A stretch of 60,556 nt of DNA, filler included, from Bipalium vagum (taxonomy: Eukaryota), in assembly GCA_037834085.1 (NCBI GenBank). It is 3 parts of 3 records of this genome, joined end to end, with 100 filler letters (N's around TTAATTAATTAA, not from the genome) between each part and the next. Parts side by side here need not be neighbours in the genome. Positions count along the whole stretch, not along the records: positions 43,671 to 60,556 come from JBBMKC010088131.1; 2 more parts are not named here. One strand, 5' to 3'. The position numbers and the translations under genes were made by a program. Positions 50,316 through 60,556 of this stretch are shown here, one piece after another (within the stretch, counting starts at the first letter, position 1; every line of letters starts with the position of its first letter). Below the pieces are notes generated by a model. That model was given only the letters and a program-made list of their open reading frames with translations. It ran no database searches and was not told the DNA's origin.

Positions 50316-50504
50316 GAAAAAATATTCTAGTTTATTTTAATCCAAATCCTTCTTTGATATTGAATATTAGTAATTATATAAATTATAAAATTGTGCTAAT
50401 ATATTTGTGCTTATCAAGTCAACTTTTAATTGTTGTAAATTTCAAGTGAGACTATTAAGTTGTCAAAAATGATAAACAAATTATGCAATATAATATAAAT
50501 ATAA

Positions 50505-50560
50505 TATAATCAATTTAATATAAATTTATAATCAATTTAATATAAATTTATAATCAATTT
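50505..50560. repeat. 22-bp tandem repeat, about 2.5 copies
   Basis: tataatcaatttaatataaatt repeated. Confidence 0.85.
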
Positions 50561-52630
50561 TGGGAGTATTTGAACATATTTTTGAATTTTAAAATTTTTA
50601 TAGTGTCCTTTTTAAAATCCAATATGGATATTCATTATTTTAATGTATTAGTTAATTTTAATATATTAATTTAATTTTAAAATATCTTTTTTAAAAAATA
50701 ATAAGAGACACTTTATTTAAATTAATTAATTTAAGAAATTTGTTTAAGTATTTTTATTTTTATTGGAATAATAAAATTTTTGAAACTATGAGTGACTTTG
50801 TTGAAATAGCTGCTAACAAATTTAATATAAATTAATAATTTAATAATAATTATTATTAGTAATTTATTAATAAACACCCGAATTAAATAGCATTACAATT
50901 TTCGTTGTTTTTTAGATGAAAGTTATTTTTATTGATATTATTTATGAAATTGTTCTTTTTAATTATCTAATTGATTTTTAAATAATTAATTTTAATAATA
51001 TTACCAAGTACAAAAACCTAATCCAAAAATGATCTCTGATTACTTTTTAGATAAAACTCTTTATTAATAATTAATTTTTAAATGAAACATTAATAACAGA
51101 ATCACAAATAATAAATGTTAAAATTCTTAATCTTCAACAATAAATTTAATTAATTTTATAAAATTTTAACCACTGATTTTATTTATATGTATATTTAATC
51201 AAATTCGGATTTTACAATTTTTTTAAAAAAAATTTAAAATAAACACTATTTTAATTTTTATTGAAATGTTTTATTTTTAATTTATTTTTGTAATTGATTT
51301 TGAAATAATATTATATAATTAAATGGAATATTTCAATGAAAATATTTTGATTTTCTTTTATAAATATCAGTTTCGAAAGACATTATTTTGCATAAATAAA
51401 TTATGAATGTTTTCATAATATATCAGACAACGTTTCTTTTAATATTTAAAGAAAAATATATTTTTTTTTAATTTCAAATTTTTTCTACATAACATAATAT
51501 TAAAGGTTGTAAAATAATGAAATTGATTTTTTTAATTATTAATATTATTTTATTATAAATTGAAAGTTTGGTATTATTTTATTCATGAAGTATTATGTGT
51601 ATTCAGTGTTGCATTTTACGATTCAGACAAAATATGAAAATACTTTTAGGTAAAGTATTCTGGAAATATCAAGAAAATTATTTTATATTTTAATAAAATG
51701 ATTTATATTATTAAAATATGAATATATTTTCGAAAAATAAAAAAAGTTTAACAATAAGCTCTAGATAAAGAGAAATATTTATTCTAAGTTTATAATTTTC
51801 TTGTCTGAACTCAAGCTATTATACGGAGGTAGAATTTTTCCATCTCAAAATATAACAATTATTTTTTGAATTAATTATCATGGAAATCTTTACACTTTGT
51901 TTAAATTATCATTTTTCTTTTTCTACAATATTTGAAAATAATTTAAATATTAAATTTTCTTATTAATAATGAGTATAATTCAAGATAATTTTTAAAATAA
52001 AATAAAATAAATAAAACAAAAATTGAGAAAAAACTATTTCACATTGATCAAGCTTAACGTTAGTAATATCTGTAAATTTATTTATAAAGAGTAGCTTGAA
52101 TATTTTAATTAATGTAAATATAATCATCACATAAACATTTACCCCATCAAACACATAATTAAAAGAATTTCCTAAGCTTTATTTATTTTTCCCCAGTTGT
52201 CAATGTACAAAGCCAAATGTTAATTTATTAATATTGCTGCGGTCTTGTTTTTTTCATAATATAATAATAAATATTTTATCATTTGCATTAAACAACGAAA
52301 TTATAAATTATTAAATATTATTAAAAATATTAGTTTCAATGTAAAGAATAAACTGTATAAATATTTATTATTATATATTTATATTATTTAAATTTTTTAT
52401 ATTTAAAATTATTTATCTTTTAAACTACTTAGATCTTCAAATGCTATTCTTTTTACATCTTAATATATATTATATAAAAATAATTGTACATAAGATATAT
52501 TATGAAATAAAATAATCTTGGATTTTTAAATATAAATAAAATTATATTAATTCAATTTTAAAATTATTTTATAAAATTTATCTTCAACATTTAATTCAGC
52601 TTAACTTTATATTTTTTATTAATGTAAATA

Positions 52631-53110
52631 TTAGGTTGTTTCAAAGGTTTCCCTGAATTCAGAATTCACACAAATTATTATAATCCTATAGAATTTGAAT
52701 TAAAGATTATTCCACAAATTCTCTACTCCTTCAAGATTAACAAACCGCTGAAATCTCAAAAAGTGTTCCACCAATCTAAACTATCCAAATTCTAAGAGTG
52801 CCAATTCTGGACTATAAAGAAGATGAAGCAAGAGTTCAATCCCATTTATTGTAAAGCTCAGTATTCACAGTACAACCATGTGGTACAAACTCAAAATGAA
52901 TTGCATCCTCATAATTCCACCAAACACTTGTCATAAGTTTTTTCAGAATCGACTCTTTTGAACACAAAATGCAGGAGGTTGGTCATGTAACATCCAACAT
53001 TTACTGTTTCCTTGATTAATTAAATAGATCCATTTTTCATCTATAGTGACAATGCGATAATAATCTAACAATTATTGTCTTCTATGGAAGATTTTATATC
53101 TCTTCAGAAA
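52631..53110 (-). mobile_element. Mariner fragment
   Basis: TIR-like TA|TTAGGTTG; KKLMTSVWWNYEDAIHFEFVPHGCTVNTELY, HLLYSPELAL. Confidence 0.8.
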
Positions 53111-53870
53111 AGTAATCACATAAGGTAAGTACCTCTAGATTAAGAATTGTAAGACATTCGTAATAAAAAAAATTCCAAAAATATACATATAAAGATTATA
53201 ATTCTTAATATTAATAATAAGAAAATTTTTAAACTATAGTTTCTATCAATTTACCGTTTCTTTGAGGTTATAAAAAGCAGTCTTAGAATTATTTCTGTTT
53301 GATAAGTCGGAGATGAGCGGTTAGAGAAGCATTAGAAGAACAATTGGATAATTGCATGAACATTTTTTATTAAAGAACGTTGATGATTATCTCATTTAGG
53401 AAGATCGAATCTGATCTTAATGCACTCTGTTATAAAATTTTTATTTCTTTTTCTCTAAAATTATCTAGAGCCGAAATTAAAAATCGTTTATTTTTTGTGA
53501 AAAAACTTATTGCAAAAAGTTTATTTGTCTCAGTTCTGACCAAAAACTTACAGTTAATAAAGCTAAAGTTTCTTCCTGTTTATTTTGCCCATAAATCTAA
53601 GCATTAAATACAGAAAATCTTTACCAAGTATAATAATATAAATAAATAAATAAATAATGGATATATAATTTATAAAATACTGCTGTGAAATCTTTTTTGC
53701 TAAATATTAAACATTTTGGAATTTTTTATGTAGGAATCTATCGTAATGAAATCAGTTCAAAAATACTTTTAAGGTAATTAATTAATTAATTAATTGTAAT
53801 AATCCAATATTTTATTCTTAATGAAAGACAAAATTAATTCAAAATTAAGATTTTCAATTTTGTTCTGAAA

Positions 53871-54012
53871 TGTGGTGGTGTCATTTTTCATTATGGTACA
53901 GTTTATTAACCAGACTCGTTACTGCACTCAAATATTTCCGTGAGCTTAGCCTAACCAATCCCTATACAGATTAATACACACAGACACAATAAACTTTATT
54001 GATCCCACAACA
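53871..54012 (+). mobile_element. Possible short solo LTR
   Basis: TGTGG...CCACAACA ends with CCAAT, TATA and AATAAA in order within 142 bp. Confidence 0.3.
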
Positions 54013-55148
54013 CGTCTAAAATACTGTGCCATTCATTAAATATCATAAGAACATATAAAGTAAAAAATATCCTTTAAAAAATCCTGAAATATTATATTAT
54101 ATATTTTTTAAAATTAATAATTTTTCGGAATTTTCTTTCTTTTTACTATTATGTTTATAAATGTGGAAGATACTAAAACATTGGAACATTATTATTAATG
54201 TTATTATTATAGTAATATTCTTAAAACACCTACAAGAAATTAAACCAAAGTCTAATTAATTAAATTATTTAATTAGTCGGACAAGCAAGTCTTTTATTCT
54301 TTTGATAAGCAATGATAATTATTCCCCGTCTGTCTTCAAGCGACTCTGTATATAATAATATCAATTACCAACCTCAAATGATCTAAATAATAAAATGTAA
54401 ATCATGGAGACTAAGTTCACTCTGATCTCAAAAAATGTCATATTATTTGACTCAATTATTTGAGAAATTTATTTGTTTGACAAAAGTTCAAAGAGAAAAA
54501 TATCACATAAAATAAAGTTCCTTAATTAAATTAAAAGGATACCATGCTTTAACTATCGCTGTTTTCGAAGAGAAATAAACTCTTAAATACTAAGAAAGAA
54601 ATCTTATTATTTCTTGAAAATTTCTATTGATATTTTCAATATTTATCAATTATGCTCTTTTTTATAGCACTATAGAAAATTCAAACAAAGAATTATTTTT
54701 ATTTGAAATTTATAAATAAAAAATTGATATAGAAAAACGAATGAAAGTTCACGCACTCAGAAATAGGTCAAAGAATAAAATAAATAAATAAAATTAATGA
54801 ATTGTTTGAAATGATCATACATTTTTAGTTGCCTTAAATTCCGATGTTTTAACCATTTTAGCCAATATTTATTTAACCACAAAAAGATAATTTGATTTCC
54901 ATCTAAACATCTTTCGTCTTCTTATATTCACGTTACATATGTATTGAGGTATAAGAAAAATAAACAAGTCTTCACAATTTCCTTCTTTAATTATGTTAAC
55001 GGAAATGTTGTTTATTTTTACACTCCAAATTAACTTTCTCTTTATTTCTTCATATATTTATCACTTATACGTACCAATTTATTTAATTAAGAAAATATTT
55101 GGATGAGAATTTTCATAAATTTTTAAAAATAAAAATAATTAATATATA

Positions 55149-56114
55149 CAAGGTGTGTCCCATAAATTCCCGGAATGGAGCTATAAAAAATATGCACACA
55201 AAATACATTTATTTTTTCATATTTTTTAAAATAGTCTCCTGTCGTACTATGCACTTGTGCCATCACTTCTCCCATGACAAGAAACATTTTTTATATTAAC
55301 TTTTAGGAATTGCTAATAATACGGAGCCAGGTCTGGAGAATACGGTGCCTATGGAAGAATTTGAGTTTTATTTGTTGTCATAAATGTCAAGATAGAATCT
55401 GCACAATAAGAGTGGACATTATCACATTTTCCTCATTTTCCGATCTTTTTTGACGAATAATCTCTCTTAATCGGCGTAGAATGCCCAAATACACTTCCTG
55501 ATTTACTGAAGTGCCTTCCGATAGGTATTCATAATGAACCAATCCCTCATTATCAAAATAAGTAACAAAAATACCTTGTTTTTTGACTTGGGTATCCTTG
55601 CGTTTTTGGATTTTGGTTCATTTAATTCCTTCTATTCGAGTGACTAGCTTTTTGTTTCTGGGTCATAGCCATAGACCCATGATAAATTGATAATTTGTGT
55701 TACTCCTTCTGGAGTTCCCATTGAAATCGGTCGTCCTGGTCGTTCATTATCATTTACTGATATACGGCCATTTTTGAATCGTGAAAACCACTCAAAAGCA
55801 CTTGATTCATGCTAGAATCGCCTATAGCGTGTGCCAACTTTTTATGTATCTCGGTTACTTTTCTGGCGAGTTTAAAGTAAAAGTTGAGACATATCCTCTA
55901 CTCTAAAATTTCATCCATCCTTTAAATCGAAATTGATAAATTAACAGTATTTTTAAAATTATTTTTTAAAACTAACCGCGTGAGTGTATGATCTTGAAAT
56001 TAAAATAGACGTGTAGGCATATATTTATTTTTTAGATAAAACAAAAATTTTATTATTTTGGTTGTTCAATTTATTTTTATGGCTCCATTCCTGAAACTTA
56101 TTGGACACACGTTT
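55149..56114 (-). mobile_element. Internally deleted mariner with both TIRs
   Basis: TIRs gtgtgtcccataaattcccggaatggagc and gtgtgtccaataagtttcaggaatggagc with TA flanks; MDEILE*RICLNFYFKL, PGRP, WVYGYDPETK. Confidence 0.9.
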
Positions 56115-58315
56115 TATATCACAAAAATCTTTTTATTGTTACTTCAACTTCATTCATTTTTTAATTTAATTTTCACTTTCGATAATATGTTTGGTCTTTA
56201 TCATTTCAAAAATTTTATAATTTTTTAAATAATAAAATTAAGTTCACTGAATTAAATAATTTTTAATCTTCAAAAACAAAGAAAATTTTGGATTTATAAA
56301 TTATTTGTTAATTTATATAATTTGTTGGTCAATTCTTTTGAAGGCTATTTTTCACAAATTGATTATTATTTATATTTATAAATTTTAATGATAAAATATA
56401 AAAAAAATCATTAAAATTCTAAAGTATTATTTAGCTTTAAAATTTAAACAAAAATATATTTTTACTTTAATTATGTTAAAAATGTTTTCATTCCTTTGAT
56501 TAAATGTTTTAAAGTTTTTGTTTTAAATAATAACATTAAAAAATATACAGTTAAAAATGTATAAAATATTTTTTTTACTATTTTAGGCATTATTTAGATT
56601 TAATAAGAAAAATTTCTTTAAGAAAGTAAAATATTGTTTTTATTAAATTCTAAATTATTTTGCAAAATATCATTCCTTCGAATTTATGATAATTTTGCAT
56701 ATTTTTATGAGCTTATTTCTTTGCAGAAAAATTATAAAATCACAGAAGTAAAAGTATAGAATTGTGAACATTTTTTGTTTAGGGAATTTAATGAATGTAA
56801 AATATTAGCATGATTAAAGTAGAAAAAGAAATTTTTCTAAAAATTATTTATATGCAAATAAAAAATGTTATGTTATAATTATACACATTTTCCTTTTTTT
56901 AATAAGAAAAATTCTTTAGTTTTTTAAATCCCAATATTTTTAACAAGTATAATCAAAAATATATTTATAATTATAAAATAAAATAAGAGTTTTCTTTCAA
57001 AGAATATGTAAACTTTTTAAAAAAATTCGTATTATATAATATTTATTTTATTCCCTAACCCATAGATACATCGTTAAAAAGATTTTTGCAAAGAATATTT
57101 AAAAATAAACATTTAGTAAACGTATCAAATATATTTGATAAAATTACATGAAATAGATAAATTCTTATGGAAAACACATAGAGATGTCAATATCAAGTCA
57201 TGTCACCAAGTCTTACTATATAATTTAGAATTCTTCTTAGTATATTATTAGTTAGAAGATTTATTTCTCATTAAGGTATGTTGTTCATTATTTTTGAAGC
57301 TGATTTTTTAATTCGTTCAATGATTTAGGAGTTCCAAGAGTAGACCACATCTGACTTAAATACTGGCCAATTTATTTTTTCCATTTCTGATTTCTGAAAA
57401 CGTTTACTTCAACAAATTTGTAACAACATACTTCAAATGAAAATAAATCTAATTATATTATATGCCAATATATATTAATATATATTTATATATTAATAAT
57501 ATGTCAAGAAGAATCCAAGATTGAGTCGTAAGACATGGTGATATGACTCACTATTGACATCTCTGCTTTTTTCCAAAAAAATTTATTAGTCATGCAATTT
57601 GGTCTATTATATATAACATAATAATATATTTAATAATTTTATTTGATCAGTTTTATTTTTTTGGCGGTGAGTTTTTATTGAAAATGAGAATATCTAAATT
57701 TTAATTGATTCAAAACATTTACAATTACTCATTATTTCATAAAATTAAAACAATTTCATTTTTATTATTAACAATTACTCTGTGGATTTTAATTAAAATT
57801 AATTTCATATAGATGTTTTAAAAAATTTTCAGTCGAAGATAATATTTTGGGTTGGAAATATAAAATGAATCCACTTTAGAATTGACAAGACAATTTGAAT
57901 TAATTTTTAATTATATCTGACTGTCATTTATAATTTATTAATAATGTGCTGTATAAAGAAAATTATTTTCTGGAAATTTTAGAATTTTATTAATTAAACT
58001 TTAAAAGGTACGTGAAATTATTGTTCATATAACAAATAGAAATTCATTTCAAACTTCCTTAAAAACGTAGAACAAGTTATTTATCTAAAATATTGTTCTA
58101 TCATTTTTTATATAATAAAACAATAAATGAATGGATAACTCTTAATGGTGTTTTCATTTAAAATATTAGTGACACCATTTAATAGTATAAATTTGAATAA
58201 ATATATTTATAATATGAGTTAAATTTAATATTTTTATTTTAGAAGTCTAAATTAGTACGAAGTTAATACCTATGTGAAGCACGGAAATAGTTCGTTATAG
58301 GTAATAAGATTAATA

Positions 58316-58317
<2 letters not shown>

Positions 58318-58368
<51 letters not shown>
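58318..58368. repeat. (TAA)n microsatellite
   Basis: About 17 perfect units. Confidence 0.95.
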
Positions 58369-59039
58369 GAAGAGATCGGCGATTATGGTATAAGGTTGAC
58401 ATCAAAATAATTTCGTATTGTAATAATAATAATAATTATTATTATTTATCATGTATTATTGTTTTATTTGAAATGCAAAAGATTATCATTGGCTACATAG
58501 AAAGAAACAAAATAATATATTTTAAAGTAAACTAGCAAATAAATTGATTATTATTTCCACCATAATTCAGATAATTTAGAATAATGAAATTTTTAAAATT
58601 TAATTTATTAAAATTTCACAATATTAATTTCTAAATTTTAATGAATAATTAATTAAATTACTTTGTAGGATTTTTCATAAAATTGGCTTTATGGAATTTA
58701 ATTATACTCGAAATAATATTTATTTAAAATTAGATCTCAGATATTCTTCTCTAAATCGAATATAAATATATTTATATAAAAATTTAATTGTGACATTATT
58801 TAAACAAAATAAATTTTTGTGACATAACAAAATTGAGACAGAACTTCCTAATATATTTTTTCATTTTTCCTTTAAAAAATTTAGGGAATCTGTTTGATTA
58901 AAAAAATGAAAAAATAATCCAAAAAATGAACAAAAAAATCGCTTAAAAATTTTCAAACTGAAATTAAGAAAAAAACTTTTTTTGATCTTTTCCTCTTTAA
59001 GAAGCGATAAAAAGAATTTAATGTGAATTTTTATGTTTG

Positions 59040-60330
59040 GTTTTACACTTGACAAGAAAAATTAATATTAAGTCAACATTTTAGAAACTTCCGAAATATT
59101 AAAATCAACCAAGCACTTATATTTTCTGTTGCTATCATTTTCTAAAGTTTTTTTATTTTATGAAAGATGTATGGAGAAGGGAAATGAAACAGCTTTCACA
59201 AAGATACCGTGCAAAAGTTGTCTCTGATAACTTTAAGGTCCTAATATTATAAAGGAACAACTTCCTCGTATATTCTTGATCTGTCCCAAAGCTGTCCAAG
59301 AGATTTAAAAAAATCAACTCATAAAAGTATATTTGATTGATATCAAGTACGTAGACTTTAAAATCTTTAGATACAGTTATCATATCATTATAAGACATTT
59401 GCAAACGAACATAAGTAACCTAGTATTTGTATAATCTTGAATAAAATAGATCCTTGCCAATATGGTCTATTCATGTTATATTTAAAATTGTTAGTACCTG
59501 CCTAATACTTTTGGGCTGTAATGTACAAAAAAATGTATATAATAAGAATCTATATACAAAAGAAATAGGCTAAATTTGATTTTACATGTTAAAGACTCAG
59601 TAATATATGGCAAGTCCAACCAATTTCTGACAAGTAAAGTTTCAGAAAGTAATGAAACAAATATTTACTATTTACTAAATCTGGATGCTCTTTTGTAAGC
59701 AATTTAATTTTAATAAATGCTGGCAGTATGCATTGGAATAAATTGCTTTTTCAGGTAGTACGATCTCGAAGTACAAATTTCCGTTGTAATCGTTATACGG
59801 ATAACAATCATTATTGTTGTAAATCGGGTTCTAAGTTTGCTTGAGTTGGTGTAACTGGCTTAGACCATGACCTTTTATCTTGAACGCTATTATGGGCAAT
59901 TTATTTTTCAGCACAAATGAAAATTTTCAGGTTTTCCAGAAATTGATTGTTTTAAATGTTTAAGGAATATGTTACAAATGATAGTTTATTATACTAAATG
60001 AACCTCCTTCAGTTTTTGGAATATCCTAGGTATTTCAAGTAATGATCAATAGTAATTAAATGTCTGTGCTGTCTCACAAAGGATAATATGTTGGTCAGTT
60101 TCCACTATGATCTTTATTTATTCTACATTATTTTTCATTTACCTACTAAAACGCGATGTATCTTGAAAAGATTAATCTCAAGAACGAAAAATCTAAGTTA
60201 ACTTGGTCAAATACAATGTGTTACTACCTTTGTCATAAACTTCTTAAACCTTTTTGAAGTAATACTATAAAATATACTTAAAGTATTCATATTGATTTTC
60301 TATTTTCATACATGCACCATAAAAATTGAT
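59040..60330 (-). pseudogene. Decayed LRR receptor-like remnant
   Basis: FLENLKIF(fs)KNKLPIIAF (~59885-59945), LKLYLSEIGWTCH (LRRCT-like, ~59605-59645), LQMSYNDMITV, LDINQI, LKLSETTFARYLCESC (ORF 59153-59404). Confidence 0.4.
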
Positions 60331-60556
60331 GGAACTGAAAAATTAAAACTTGTACAATATTAATAATATTGGGTAGTCTAAAAATTTTCAGCCGATTTGG
60401 TAAAATGAAAAAGTTAGAAAAATAAAGTCGAATTGAAAAAGTTATTAAATTACATAATTACCATTTTGATTGACAATGGCTTGCCATTTTTTTGGTAAAG
60501 CCAAAATTCCGTCACTGTAAAACTTTTTTGATTTATTGGCAAAAAAGTGAGATAAG

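Noticed and set aside
50320-58900. Short F/I/L/K/N-rich ORFs in the track (e.g. 51963-52154, 53380-53607)
   Set aside because: Compositional artefacts of AT-rich DNA with no motifs or consistent splice structure that I could establish.
1-60556. Alternative genetic code explaining the many in-frame stops
   Set aside because: All three stop types co-occur with frameshifts in TE frames, whereas the spliced host exons are stop-free under the standard code; ordinary decay is sufficient.

Overview
Very AT-rich eukaryotic, probably invertebrate, genomic DNA with three scaffold gaps; there are no prokaryotic genes, RNA genes or CRISPR arrays. Much of the window is decayed mobile DNA: about 20 Tc1/mariner remnants of several lineages, a Gypsy LTR element lacking RT plus related integrase scraps, candidate solo LTRs, and a Polinton/Maverick (adintovirus-like) fossil with major-capsid and PLA2-integrase pseudogenes at the left end. 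Two things are not visible in the ORF track. (1) Host genes built from tiny exons and mostly 41-66 nt GT-AG introns, most strikingly eight consecutive phase-0 exons of 36-72 nt on the minus strand at 21785-22544, encoding a His-rich C-terminus. Further micro-exon clusters lie at 31675-31947, 41746-42036 and 42541-43252. (2) About six heavily decayed, apparently intronless LRR/LRRCT/TM/TIR-like (Toll-like receptor-like) remnants scattered on both strands. All calls come from manual translation and motif recognition; no database searches were run, and the TLR-like calls are tentative.
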